Below are positions 40,297 through 50,486 of a stretch of 64,000 bases of DNA, piece after piece. The DNA comes from an uncultured delta proteobacterium. Its GTDB lineage: Bacteria > Desulfobacterota > RBG-13-43-22. A model generated the notes under the pieces. The model was given only the letters and a program-made list of their open reading frames with translations, was not told the origin of the DNA and did not search any database. Location of the stretch: positions 64,001-128,000 of the forward strand of contig CAWDKY010000025.1 in NCBI GenBank assembly GCA_963802945.1. Reading direction: 5' to 3'. Both the position numbers and the translations under genes were made by a program. Within the stretch, counting starts at the first letter, position 1. Every line of letters begins with the position of its first letter.

Positions 40297-42150
40297 ATGT
40301 TCGAAAGAAAAAAGGTTCTAAGCATTTTATCAGGCCTGGCTTTTGTTTTTTTTCTGACCGGGGTGCTTCCTGGTATTGAAACAGCCGGACCGGCGGAAAA
40401 ATCCATTACCGGGAAGGAATGGGCGGAAATGACCGGAATGGAATGGGGGCCGAAATATTATCCTGCCAAACCGGTGCGGGGGGGTATTGCTAATTTCGCC
40501 AGTCCCTTGTACATCGGGCTGATGAACCCTAACCACTGGCCGGTAAACGACTGGGTAGCTATTGGGGCTATATATGACAAACTCATTGTGACTGACGGGA
40601 ATTACAGGCCCACGGTGCCTTGGCTGGCCGAGTCCTGGAAATATTTGGATAAAGTGACGGTGGTTATGAAGCTTCGTCAAGGCGTTCAGTTTCATGACGG
40701 ATCGTTATTCAATGCCGAAGGTCTCAAGTATCAAATGGATTGGATCATGGATGCCAAAAATGGGGCTTGGACCCGGTCCTGGCTGGAACCGGTCTCCTCA
40801 ATCGAAGTAGTGGATACCTACACGGTCAAATGGCATTTCAAGAGACCCTGGGGCGGATTCCTGGGGGTTATGGCCAGTGTTCCGGGAGATGTCATCTCAG
40901 CCAAGGCCCTGAAAGCCGACATGGCCTTGAGGGAGTCTAAACAATTGGCCAGCCAGTTGGAAAGAGAGAAGAAAAATGTGGAGCAGGCGAAGAAGGAAGT
41001 CGCCACAACTTCTGGTGAAGCAGCCGAAAAAGCCAAGGCCAAGCTGGAAATGGCCAGGAAAAAGTTGACCCCCCTGGAAGAAGAATATAAAAAGGCGGCC
41101 GCTCTGGCTGCAGGGACCAAAGAGTTGGATAACAATCCAGTAGGGTCGGGACCCTATATTTTTGAGGAAGGGAACCCGGGAAATTACCTAAAGCTAAAAA
41201 GGAATCCCAACTGGTGGTTTGCCAAGTTCATCGGTCTGGATATGCCTTACTATGACGGGATCAAAATCAATATTATCCCTGATCCCTCGGTTAGACTGGC
41301 CAACCTCAGGGCCGGGAAAATAGATTCCTTGGTTGTCGATCCTTCCCAGGCCTCTATGTTCAAGAATGAACGCAACCTACAGGTTTTTAAAAATACCGTC
41401 AATTGGGTCGTAAGCATGAGCTTTAATCTGAAAGACGGGCCGTGCAAGGACATTCGGGTCCGCAAGGCCATCTCCCAGGCCATCGATCGAAAGGCCTTGA
41501 TTGCCGGAGTGGATTTCGGAATGGGCCGCCCGGCCAGTTGTATGTATCCTGGCGATCACTGGTGCCATAATCCCAGGCTTAAACCGGTCAGCTATGACCC
41601 AGCCCTGGCCAAGAAGCTTCTGGCCCAGGCCGGTTATAAAAACGGGTTGACCATAAGAGGGTATATGGCCAACCTGACCCTATCCATGTCCATGTCCGAG
41701 GCCATCAAAGCCATGCTGGCCAAGGTGGGTATTACCTGGAAGGTGGAGTTCCTTGATCCGGCAGCCATTTCCGAAAAGCTGAGAAAGGTCGATTATGATT
41801 TTACCGCCGGTGGTTGGGGCTGGATTACTGATCCGGATCTGATAGCCACCGGTCTTTACCATCCCGATGGAGGTTTTAATTTCGGAAGGAGTAACAATCC
41901 AAAGGCTATCGCCCTGATCGAAGCCGGCCGCAAAGAGGTTGACTTTGACAAGAGGACTAAGATTTATTGGGAGTTGGAAAAGGTCCTTTATGACAACTAC
42001 GAGGATGTCTGGTTATGGTGGCCCAGATATGTGTCGGCTACCCGTAAAAACATCCAAGGAATCAACAATGATATGGGTAATAGATTCAAAGCAATGTTTG
42101 CTGTTTCACACCACCCTTGGTTTAAGGATGGAAAGGAAAATCGTTATTAA
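40297..42150 (+). CDS. Family 5 (peptide/nickel-type) ABC substrate-binding protein, orphan
   Basis: Signal peptide, PWLAESW, LRQGVQFHDG, PVGSGPY, DIRVRKAISQAIDR, YDPALAKKLLAQAG. Confidence 0.9.
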   Translation: MFERKKVLSILSGLAFVFFLTGVLPGIETAGPAEKSITGKEWAEMTGMEWGPKYYPAKPVRGGIANFASPLYIGLMNPNHWPVNDWVAIGAIYDKLIVTDGNYRPTVPWLAESWKYLDKVTVVMKLRQGVQFHDGSLFNAEGLKYQMDWIMDAKNGAWTRSWLEPVSSIEVVDTYTVKWHFKRPWGGFLGVMASVPGDVISAKALKADMALRESKQLASQLEREKKNVEQAKKEVATTSGEAAEKAKAKLEMARKKLTPLEEEYKKAAALAAGTKELDNNPVGSGPYIFEEGNPGNYLKLKRNPNWWFAKFIGLDMPYYDGIKINIIPDPSVRLANLRAGKIDSLVVDPSQASMFKNERNLQVFKNTVNWVVSMSFNLKDGPCKDIRVRKAISQAIDRKALIAGVDFGMGRPASCMYPGDHWCHNPRLKPVSYDPALAKKLLAQAGYKNGLTIRGYMANLTLSMSMSEAIKAMLAKVGITWKVEFLDPAAISEKLRKVDYDFTAGGWGWITDPDLIATGLYHPDGGFNFGRSNNPKAIALIEAGRKEVDFDKRTKIYWELEKVLYDNYEDVWLWWPRYVSATRKNIQGINNDMGNRFKAMFAVSHHPWFKDGKENRY

Positions 42151-42177
42151 ATACTAAATTAACCAAGGAGGAAGGAT

Positions 42178-42993
42178 ATGGAATTAGGTCTTAAAGATAA
42201 GGTGGCCCTTATCACCGGAGGGGGACGGGGTATAGGCCGCCAAATTGCGCTGACCTTGGCCGAAGAGGGGGTAAAAGTAGCCGTAATTGACTTCTATGAA
42301 AAACGGGCCCAGGGTGTGGCAGATGAAATAAAAAAGGCCGGGGGAGCAGCCGTGGTGGTACGGGCGGATGTAACCGATTTGGAGCAGACAAAAACAATGG
42401 CCCAAAAGGTGGCAGATGAATGGGGAAGAATTGATATTCTCTGTAATAATGCAGGCAATAGAGGAATCGTTGACCCCTCAAAGAAAGAGAGGATCGGGGG
42501 TAAGTTCGAAGAGATGAATCCCATCCATTGGTCACAATATATGGGAGTAAATTTTTTTGGGGTTTTGAACTGCACCAAGGCCGTGCTGGACTATATGATC
42601 AAACAGAACTATGGCAAGATTATTAATACGATTTCCGATTCCGGGCGAATAGGAGAGTCAGGGAGGTCAGTTTACTCCGGTGCCAAGGCCGGTGTCGTGG
42701 GATTCACCAAAGCCCTGGCCAAGGAAATCGGAAAATATTGCATTAATGTCAACTGTGTCTCCCCCGGCGCCACCTATACGGAGGCCACTCTCGGCCGATT
42801 TGAAGACAGGACCGAAGCAAGAAAAGAGAGGGAAAAAAAATACTATGGGGTATATCCCATGGCCCGTGGGCTTCAGCGGTTGGGATTACCCGCCGACATA
42901 GCCAATATGGTGGTATTTTTATCTTCCGATCGAACCGAGTGGATCACCGGCCAGGTCATCAGTATCAGCGGAGGATATTCTATGGTTGATTAG
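42178..42993 (+). CDS. Classical SDR oxidoreductase (BadH/FabG-like hydroxyacyl-CoA dehydrogenase)
   Basis: TGGGRGIG, NNAG, SDSGRIG, YSGAK, WITGQ. Confidence 0.9.
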   Translation: MELGLKDKVALITGGGRGIGRQIALTLAEEGVKVAVIDFYEKRAQGVADEIKKAGGAAVVVRADVTDLEQTKTMAQKVADEWGRIDILCNNAGNRGIVDPSKKERIGGKFEEMNPIHWSQYMGVNFFGVLNCTKAVLDYMIKQNYGKIINTISDSGRIGESGRSVYSGAKAGVVGFTKALAKEIGKYCINVNCVSPGATYTEATLGRFEDRTEARKEREKKYYGVYPMARGLQRLGLPADIANMVVFLSSDRTEWITGQVISISGGYSMVD

Positions 42994-43001
42994 TTGGAAA
43001 A

Positions 43002-43032
43002 GAGTTCGGAGTTAAGAGTTACAAGTTCGGAG
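43002..43032. repeat. 7-mer array (GAGTTCG/GAGTTAA/GAGTTAC/AAGTTCG)
   Basis: Read directly after the SDR stop. Confidence 0.6.
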
Positions 43033-43107
43033 AAAAATATATTCATACTACCTGAGCCATCAAGGGGAGTGAAGGTTTATTATGATATGGCCATCAAGGA
43101 GGCACAA

Positions 43108-43887
43108 ATGGCTTATGAAACCATTATATTGGAAAAGGAAGGCAGTGTCCGGATCATCACCCTTAATCGTCCGGACCGCCTCAATGCCCTGAATACTCAG
43201 ATTCTTTCGGAATTAGCCCAGGCCATCGGCGAGATAGAAAAAGATCAGGAGTGTCTGAGTGTTGTTATCACCGGAGCAGGCCGAGGTTTCTGCGCCGGGG
43301 CCGATATCAAGGAGAGGGCCAAACCCGGCGGCAGGCCATCCGGTGGACGGGGAAGTACACGTTTCTCATTATTTAATAGATTGGAAGAGCTTGGAAAACC
43401 GGTTATTGCCGCCATTAACGGTCCCTGTAACGGAGGCGGGCTGGAATTGGCACTTTGCTGCGATTTTCGCATTGCCTCCCAAGCGGCCAGTTTTGGGTTC
43501 GGCGAGGTCAAGCTTGGAGTCATTCCGGCTGCGGGCGGCACGGCCAGGCTTCCCAGACTCATCGGCCCGGCCAAGGCCAAGGAATTTCTCTATTTCGGTA
43601 ATGTTGTCCCGGCTGAAGAAGCGCATAGGCTGGGTATTATTAACCGTGTCGTGGCCCCGGATGATTTGATGTCCGAAGCCAGGCGATGGGCTTCCGAACT
43701 GGCCGAAAGGCCCCCTCTTTCATTGAGAATGCTCAAGAATTGCGTGAATACGGGTATGCAGATGAACCTGCAGGAGGCCATCGATTATGAATCCAAATGC
43801 ATGGCCATCCTGGCCAGAACGGAAGACCGCATTGAGGGGATGCGTGCCTTCGTTGAAAAGAGAAAACCTGTGTTTAAAGGCAGGTAA
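43108..43887 (+). CDS. Enoyl-CoA hydratase (crotonase)
   Basis: ITLNRPDRLNAL, FCAGAD, GGGLELAL, GEVKLGVIPAAGG; RBS AGGAGG before ATG 43108. Confidence 0.93.
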   Translation: MAYETIILEKEGSVRIITLNRPDRLNALNTQILSELAQAIGEIEKDQECLSVVITGAGRGFCAGADIKERAKPGGRPSGGRGSTRFSLFNRLEELGKPVIAAINGPCNGGGLELALCCDFRIASQAASFGFGEVKLGVIPAAGGTARLPRLIGPAKAKEFLYFGNVVPAEEAHRLGIINRVVAPDDLMSEARRWASELAERPPLSLRMLKNCVNTGMQMNLQEAIDYESKCMAILARTEDRIEGMRAFVEKRKPVFKGR

Positions 43888-43905
43888 TCAAGCCAGGGCT
43901 TAATT

Positions 43906-43990
43906 TGGAGCACTGGAGTATTGGAGTGCTGGAATACTATAAATTTGGAGTACTAGGGTTTTCACCATTACTCCATCACTCCAGTATTTC
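43906..43990. repeat. 8-mer array (TGGAGCAC/TGGAGTAT/TGGAGTGC/TGGAATAC) with inverted copy (CCATTACTCCATCACTCCAGTA)
   Basis: Read directly between the crotonase and ACAD genes. Confidence 0.75.
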
Positions 43991-44010
43991 GTATCAAAGG
44001 AGACTAGTTC

Positions 44011-45186
44011 ATGGAGTTTGATCCCACAGATGAGCAAAAAAAATTGCAACTGGAATTCAGGGCGTTTTTGGAAAGAGAGATTGCCCCAGTTGTTGACGAA
44101 CGCGAGCAATACGGGCCCTTCAGCCGGGAGGAAGTCGTCGGCTACATTAAAAAGCTGAGGGGTTATGGGTTTTACACCGGACGCCTAGGTAAGCGATACG
44201 GAGGAGTGGATGTCGATCCGATTGTCAGAATGCTTTATTCGGAGGAGCTAAACCGTGTCTGGGTCAGTTTAGCGGCCACTATCGGAATTGCCTCCGCTTC
44301 GATTCCTGCGGTGCTCGGCGCCCCGGAAGAAATAAGGCAAAGGTTGCTACCCAGGCTGATGGAAGGCGACCTCATCGGCTGTGCGGCTATCACCGAACCG
44401 AACGCCGGATCAAATGCCGCGGCCATCTTGACCAAGGCCGAACTTCATGGGGACCATTATGTCTTGAACGGCACCAAGACCTGGATTTCCAACGCGACCA
44501 TATCCGATTTTTGTGTCGCCCTTTGCATTACAGAAAAGGACAAGGGACCTCTGGGAATCTCTCGTATCTTTATTGAAAGGGATGTTTCGCCGTATGAGAC
44601 CAGGGAATTGCATAAGATGGGCCAGTATTGTTTCCCAACCGGAGAGATATCATTTGTGAATTGCCGGGTACCTAAAATAAACCTGATGACCCCAGGCGGC
44701 CGTTCCAGCGGCCGTTCCGGTTATCAAAGGCAAATGGCCGGCTTCGAGCGCGCACGAACCGGAGTGACCATTACGGCCACCGGTTTATGTCAGGCCGCTG
44801 TGGATGCCTCGATAAAGTACGCCCGGGAAAGAAAGCAATTCGGACGTCCCATCGGCAGTTTTCAACTGGTCCAACAGATGATCGCCGATATGATTACTGA
44901 AACAATGGCTGTACGTTTATTGGCTTATCGGTCCAATTATCTCATTAGAAAAGGGGTGAGAGCCCGGATTGAGTCCTCTGTGGCCAAGGCTTATGGATCT
45001 GAAACCGCAGTGCGGGTGACCTCCAGAGCGGTGGAGATTCATGGTGCAGCAGGCCTGGTGGAGACACATCCTGTGGCCAGATTCTATCGGGATGCCCGTA
45101 CGCTGACCATTCCGGACGGGACCACCCAGATTCAAAAGTTGATCATCGGACGAGAATCTCTCGGAATAAGAGCCTTTGACGGATAA
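44011..45186 (+). CDS. Acyl-CoA dehydrogenase (Asp in catalytic-base motif)
   Basis: ITEPNAGS, NGTKTWISN, RKQFGRPIGSFQ, IPDGTTQIQK. Confidence 0.93.
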   Translation: MEFDPTDEQKKLQLEFRAFLEREIAPVVDEREQYGPFSREEVVGYIKKLRGYGFYTGRLGKRYGGVDVDPIVRMLYSEELNRVWVSLAATIGIASASIPAVLGAPEEIRQRLLPRLMEGDLIGCAAITEPNAGSNAAAILTKAELHGDHYVLNGTKTWISNATISDFCVALCITEKDKGPLGISRIFIERDVSPYETRELHKMGQYCFPTGEISFVNCRVPKINLMTPGGRSSGRSGYQRQMAGFERARTGVTITATGLCQAAVDASIKYARERKQFGRPIGSFQLVQQMIADMITETMAVRLLAYRSNYLIRKGVRARIESSVAKAYGSETAVRVTSRAVEIHGAAGLVETHPVARFYRDARTLTIPDGTTQIQKLIIGRESLGIRAFDG

Positions 45187-45352
45187 ACAAAAAATACTTG
45201 CGCCCAGTTCAATGTCTTGATAACCATATCCGTTTAGTATTGGAGATTTCTTGGCCTGGAATGAGGTTCTTTATTTATTAAGCTTAACATATTCTTTAAA
45301 CCATGACCCCGGATTTTAGGGAAGATCATGGAATAGCTTTGGGAGGATAAAA

Positions 45353-46180
45353 ATGAGCACAAAAATTGAAGAAGGTATGATGAAGGCACATGACGGCACA
45401 AACATTTTTCTGACCCGAAATCCCACAGACCGCCCCAAGGCGGCGATTATCATTGTCCATGGAATTTGTGAACACTTGGGACGCTATAACTATACCACTT
45501 CCCGTTTTAACGAATGGGGCTATTCGGTTTATCGATTTGATCTCCGAGGGCATGGACGTTCCGGCGGTCAAAGGGGATATGTGGAGAGCTATGAACTTTT
45601 TATCGAGGATACTGACCTGATCGTTAGTGCGGCCAAGCAGGAAAACCCAGGTCTTCCGATATTCCTGCTCGGTCATAGTATGGGAGGATTTATTTCCGTG
45701 GCCTATGGAATAAAACACCAGGACCGTCTTTCTGGGCTTATTCATTCCGGGTCGGCCGTCATGATCCTGCCGATGGTTAAAGATCTGGGAGAGGGCTTCG
45801 ATTACAACGCCATGGCTTTATCCCCTATCCCGAATGCCTTATCCAACTTGATCAGCCATGATCCGGAGGTGGTAAAGGCTTATGACGATGATCCTCTGGT
45901 GCTCAAAGAGTTTACGATAAAGCTTATGGGAGAAGTTTTTATCAGTGGGGTGAATTGGGTTCTGAAAAATATGGGTAGCTACCGTTATCCATGTTTAATC
46001 CTTCACGGTGGCGATGATCAGATTGTCCCATGTGAGGCTTCACAAAATCTATATGATCACATTGCCTCGACGGACAAGCAGATTAAGATCTACGATGGCC
46101 TCTATCATGAGATCTTGAATGAACCAGAAAAGGAGACCGTTCTGGCCGATATCCGTCAATGGATTAAAGCTCGGATCTGA
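45353..46180 (+). CDS. Alpha/beta hydrolase, lysophospholipase/monoglyceride lipase family
   Basis: VHGICEH, DLRGHGRS, GHSMGG, HGGDDQIV, YHEILNE. Confidence 0.92.
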   Translation: MSTKIEEGMMKAHDGTNIFLTRNPTDRPKAAIIIVHGICEHLGRYNYTTSRFNEWGYSVYRFDLRGHGRSGGQRGYVESYELFIEDTDLIVSAAKQENPGLPIFLLGHSMGGFISVAYGIKHQDRLSGLIHSGSAVMILPMVKDLGEGFDYNAMALSPIPNALSNLISHDPEVVKAYDDDPLVLKEFTIKLMGEVFISGVNWVLKNMGSYRYPCLILHGGDDQIVPCEASQNLYDHIASTDKQIKIYDGLYHEILNEPEKETVLADIRQWIKARI

Positions 46181-46195
46181 TTGGTTAACACAAAA

Positions 46196-46456
46196 AAGGG
46201 ATCAAGGATTTAAGGATTCCAGGGTTCTAGTATAGTGTCTCAATAATAGGTTTATAATAGTCCAAATTTGTCATTCCTGCCCCGCATCAAGTGCGGGATA
46301 GACTCCAGCAGGAATCCAGGGTAAAAATACTGGATTCCGGATCAAGTCCGGAATGACAATCTTGTAAAATGAATATTGTTACAGTAAACTAATTAATTAA
46401 CTTCAATGCCTTTCACTCCGTACCGCGGTCCTTTGCCTCTGGAATCCTTGAATTCT
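46196..46456. repeat. Nested repeats: 8-mer IR array / TIR-like pair / REP-like core
   Basis: AAGGATTTAAGGATTCCAGGGTTC ... CTGGAATCCTTGAATTC encloses TAGTGTCTCAATA ... TATTGTTACAGTA, which encloses TTGTCATTCC...GGAATGACAA (46268-46359). Confidence 0.7.
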
Positions 46457-46464
46457 GTTTTTGA

Positions 46465-47730
46465 CTATTTCCTTTCAATGATCATACAGATGCCTTGACC
46501 GCCGCCGCCGCAGATGGTTTCCAGGCCATATCGGCTGTCCCTTCTGGTCATTTCATTAATCAGAGTGGTCAAACGCATGGTCCCTGTGGCCCCGATGGGG
46601 TGCCCCAGGGAAATACCCGAACCATTCACGTTTACCTTGGCATCCATGGCTTCGTCATTGAGGCCGGATAGCTTGGCATCGGCCAGGGCCTGAACGGCAA
46701 AGGCCTCTTGAACCTCGATAAGATCAATCTGATCAATGGTGGCATTGATTTTTTGAAGGGCCTTTTGAACCGAGGCCGGCACGGCCGGATAGGTCAGGGT
46801 CGGATCGGTGGCGGCTATGGCGCAGGAACGATAATAGACCAGGGGTTTGGCCCCGATGGCCTTGGCCTTCTTTTCCGAGGCCAGGACGACCACGGCGGCA
46901 CCGTCATTCTCGGAAGAGGAATTTCCGGCCGTGCAAACACCATCCTGATATACCGGTCGGAGTTTAGCCAGTCTTTCCAAGGTCGTGTCTCTCCTCGGCC
47001 CCTCGTCGGTGTTGAAAAACAGGGGCTGCCCGTCTTTCCCTTTGCCGAGAGGAATGGTCACGATCTCCTGGGAGAATTTTCCCGCATCCTGGGCGGCAAT
47101 GGCCCTTTGATGGCTGCGAAAGGCCCAGCGGTCGGCCGCTTCGCGGGTGATGTTTTCTTTTTTTGCCGCGGCCTCGGCCCAGGTCATCATAGAGCTCAAC
47201 TCGCCGTAACGGGCAATAGGTTGGGACATGACCCTGGCCCGCTGAATGCGGTCATAAAAAGGGATGCCCCACATAGCCAGGGCCCCATGGCCTCTGGGCA
47301 TGAAGCCGTATTTTTCATGGCTCTTTCCTCCCAAGCCCCATTTGATATCTCCGGGGATGTAAAGTTCGGCCTGGCTCATACTGTCCATCCCGCCGGCGAT
47401 GACCAGATCCGCATCACCAGCCTGGATCTTCAAGGCCCCATAATAGATGGATTCCAAACCAGAACAGCATCTCCGGTCCAAAACTACACCGGGGACTGAA
47501 TCGGGCCAACCGGCATCAAGAACGGCCATGCGGGCCCCGTTGGCACATTCACCGTTCTGATAAGCCGTTCCCATGATCACATCTTCAATCAGGGCAGGAT
47601 CGATATTGGCCCGTTTGACCGCTTCTTTAAGGACCAGACTCCCCAGGCGGTAAACCGGGATGTCTTTTAAGGCACCGCCGTAACTCCCGATGGGAGTACG
47701 GGCACAACTGAGAATGACGACATTTTCCAT
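46465..47730 (-). CDS. Acetyl-CoA C-acyltransferase (thiolase)
   Basis: ARTPIG, DRRCCSGL, TAGNSS..NDGA, QEAFA, GHPIGATG, CGGGGQG. Confidence 0.93.
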   Translation of the reverse strand: MENVVILSCARTPIGSYGGALKDIPVYRLGSLVLKEAVKRANIDPALIEDVIMGTAYQNGECANGARMAVLDAGWPDSVPGVVLDRRCCSGLESIYYGALKIQAGDADLVIAGGMDSMSQAELYIPGDIKWGLGGKSHEKYGFMPRGHGALAMWGIPFYDRIQRARVMSQPIARYGELSSMMTWAEAAAKKENITREAADRWAFRSHQRAIAAQDAGKFSQEIVTIPLGKGKDGQPLFFNTDEGPRRDTTLERLAKLRPVYQDGVCTAGNSSSENDGAAVVVLASEKKAKAIGAKPLVYYRSCAIAATDPTLTYPAVPASVQKALQKINATIDQIDLIEVQEAFAVQALADAKLSGLNDEAMDAKVNVNGSGISLGHPIGATGTMRLTTLINEMTRRDSRYGLETICGGGGQGICMIIERK

Positions 47731-47758
47731 TTTGTTTCACCTCGTTTAATATTAAAAT

Positions 47759-47841
47759 AGGGTTCGAGGATTCAAGGATTCGAGGGTTCAAGTGTTTTAC
47801 TTTCCATGCCTTCCCATTGAATCCTTGGACCCTTGAATTCT
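47759..47841. repeat. 8-mer array (AGGGTTCG/AGGATTCA/AGGATTCG/AGGGTTCA) with inverted copy
   Basis: Inverted TTGAATCCTTGGACCCTTGAATTC at 47817-47840; same unit family as 15899 and 46196. Confidence 0.75.
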
Positions 47842-47849
47842 TCTCTTCT

Positions 47850-48738
47850 TTAGAAATTCATGTCTGTTCTAGGCTTCTTTTCACCGGAGGTATAATCATA
47901 CCATCCCTTTCCGGTCTTTTTCCCTAGGTCTCCGCTTTGAACCAGTTTTTCCAAAATGAGGAAGGGGCGGAACTTGGGATCTTTATATCCTTCATAAAGG
48001 GTCCTAAAAACATTGAGACCAATATCCAAACCCACGGCATCATTGAGTTCGAAATGGTCCCATCGGATGATTGAGCCCGAGCTTTACGGCCTTGTCAATA
48101 TCCTCAAGGCTGGCGACCCCTTCCAGCAAGCAGTTATACACCTCGGCCCTGAAAGCGGCATTGACCCGGTTGACCAGAAATCCCGGGACATCCTTCACAC
48201 GAACCGTTTCTTTTTTCATCTTGGCGGCTACGGCTTCGGTTATTTTTATGGTCTCTTCTGAAGTTTTCAAAGCACAGATTACCTCGACCAGACGCATAAC
48301 CGGAACCGGGCTGAAAAAGTGCATACCGATGAATCGGTCAGGACGCCGAGTAGCTGTGGCCAGGGATGTGATTGGGATCGAAGAGGTATTCGAGGCAAAA
48401 ACGGTCTCCTCCCGGCAAAGATTGTCTATTTTCTGAAAAACGGCTTGCTTGACTTCAAGATTTTCAAAGACCGCTTCAATGATAAAATCCGCATCCTTGG
48501 CGTCTTCCAGCCGAATCGATTTTTTTATGTGTCCCAAGGTTTCATCTTTTTGCGCCGCGGTTATTCTTTCTTTTTTCACCTGATTGTCCAGGTTTTTTTG
48601 AATGGCCATGAATCCTTTTTCCACTAAGGCCTCGGCCATATCGTTCAGAATGACATCAAACCCGTTCTGGGCGGCCACCTGGGCAATACCGCCCCCCATC
48701 AGACCCGCTCCAACGACCATAATCTTTTTCGGTTCCAT
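47850..48738 (-). CDS. hbd: 3-hydroxybutyryl-CoA dehydrogenase, split by a +1 frameshift (~48053)
   Basis: GAGLMGGGIA, EAVFE, SNTSS, MHFFSP, PGFLVNR, HPMGPF | ELNDAVGLD, LGKKTGKGWYDY. Confidence 0.88.
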
Positions 48739-48872
48739 AATTAGAAATACCTCCTTTATCCGTTTTTTATTGGTTTCTTGTGATATCATTATGGGATAGA
48801 AATAAGAGCTAAAAAAAGTTTTTGATGAAAAGAATATAGAATAAACTCAGAAGTGGGGTCAAGGAGAAAAAA

Positions 48873-50330
48873 TTATAGTGGCGGGCGGCGGAGATGATGG
48901 TCTGTGGCCTGTTCAAAGGCAAAAGCGGCCTGAAGGATCTTTTCCTCTTCAAAGTGGTTTCCCAGAATTTGCAGGCCGATGGGCAGCCCCTGGCTACTGA
49001 ATCCGCAGGGCAAAGAAAGGCCGGGGATACCGGCCAGGTTGGCCGAGATAGTGAAGATATCGGTCAGATACATCTGCAAAGGATCGGAGGATTTTTCCCC
49101 AAGACGGAAGGCCGGGGAGGGGGCCACAGGAGTGATAATCAGATCACAGGTCTGAAAGGCCTGTTTAAAATCTCCGTGAATCAAGGTGCGGACCTGAGAG
49201 GCCTTCTTATAGTAAGCATCATAATACCCGGCTGAAAGGACATAGGTCCCCAGCATGATTCGCCGAATGACTTCCGCCCCAAATCCATGAGTCCGGGTCT
49301 TTTTATACATTTCCATCAGACTATGTTCCTTGGGTTCTCGAAAGCCGTACTTGATCCCATCATAGCGGGCCAGGTTGGAACTGGCCTCGGCCATGGCAAT
49401 AATATAATAGACGGCAATGGCGAATTCCGTATGGGGCAAAGTAATTTCCCGACAGGTTGCCCCAAGCGCGGTTAAAGTGGAAATGGCCTTATGAATGCTT
49501 TGGTCCACTTCAGGGTCCATTCCGGCCACAAAATATTCTTTGGGAATCCCTAGGGTCAAGCCGTCTAAACGTTTCTGCAAGTTCTTGCTATAATCCGGAA
49601 CAGCCTGAGGGACGGAAGTGGAATCTTTCGGGTCATGGCCGCAAATCGCATTCATCAACCAAGCGCAATCAGAAACGGTTTTGCCTATCGGTCCGATTTG
49701 ATCCAACGAAGAGGCATAGGCCACCAATCCAAAACGAGATACCCGACCGTAGGTGGGTTTCATTCCCACGACCCCGCAATGAGAGGCCGGTTGACGTATG
49801 GACCCACCGGTATCCGACCCGATAGCCGCCAGACATTCATCCGCGGCCACGGCCGCTGCCGATCCGCCGCTGGAGCCTCCAGGGATATAACCCAGATTCC
49901 AGGGATTATGAGTCCTTTTTATGGACGAATTTTCTGTGGAAGAGCCCATGGCAAATTCATCCATATTGGTTTTGCCGATTAAAACAATTCCTTCGGACTT
50001 AAGCCTAGTCATAACCGTGGCATCATAGGGAGGGATATAGTTTTTCAGGATTCTAGAGGCACAGGTAGTCTTGATTCCCTTGGTAGAAATCAAATCCTTG
50101 ACAGCCATTGGGATGCCGGTCAATGGGCCGATCTTACCTTTGGAAATAGTTTCATCGGCCTGGCGGGCCTGTTGCAGAGCCGATTCTGGGATCAGGGTTA
50201 TATAGGCCTCGACCTTGGGTTCCACCTGTTCGATTCGAGACAAAACCGACTGAGTCAATTCCAGGGAACTGATCTCTTTGTTTATTAATTTTTCGTGGGC
50301 CTGGGTTATGGTTAATTCAAAGAGTTCCAT
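48873..50330 (-). CDS. gatA: Asp/Glu-tRNA amidotransferase subunit A
   Basis: [53 protein letters not shown]. Confidence 0.97.
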   Translation of the reverse strand: MELFELTITQAHEKLINKEISSLELTQSVLSRIEQVEPKVEAYITLIPESALQQARQADETISKGKIGPLTGIPMAVKDLISTKGIKTTCASRILKNYIPPYDATVMTRLKSEGIVLIGKTNMDEFAMGSSTENSSIKRTHNPWNLGYIPGGSSGGSAAAVAADECLAAIGSDTGGSIRQPASHCGVVGMKPTYGRVSRFGLVAYASSLDQIGPIGKTVSDCAWLMNAICGHDPKDSTSVPQAVPDYSKNLQKRLDGLTLGIPKEYFVAGMDPEVDQSIHKAISTLTALGATCREITLPHTEFAIAVYYIIAMAEASSNLARYDGIKYGFREPKEHSLMEMYKKTRTHGFGAEVIRRIMLGTYVLSAGYYDAYYKKASQVRTLIHGDFKQAFQTCDLIITPVAPSPAFRLGEKSSDPLQMYLTDIFTISANLAGIPGLSLPCGFSSQGLPIGLQILGNHFEEEKILQAAFAFEQATDHHLRRPPL

Positions 50331-50436
50331 GGTTTTTTTGCTTACCTAATATCCCTATTATGAGCTCTCATGACCGCTTGGGGCGGGCGTCGCGAAGCGT
50401 GAGTATTGAACTTAGAATCAAGAAGTTAAAAGTTGT

Positions 50437-50467
50437 TATTCTGGATTCTGACTCCTGGATTCTGTAT
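50437..50467. repeat. 7-mer array (ATTCTGG/ATTCTGA/CTCCTGG/ATTCTGT)
   Basis: Read directly between gatC and gatA. Confidence 0.6.
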
Positions 50468-50486
50468 ACTTGTTTTTATCTTCAAA

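Noticed and set aside
46708-47499. 263-aa plus-strand ORF and similar long antisense ORFs
   Set aside because: Fully antisense to well-supported genes, with no motifs or RBS.
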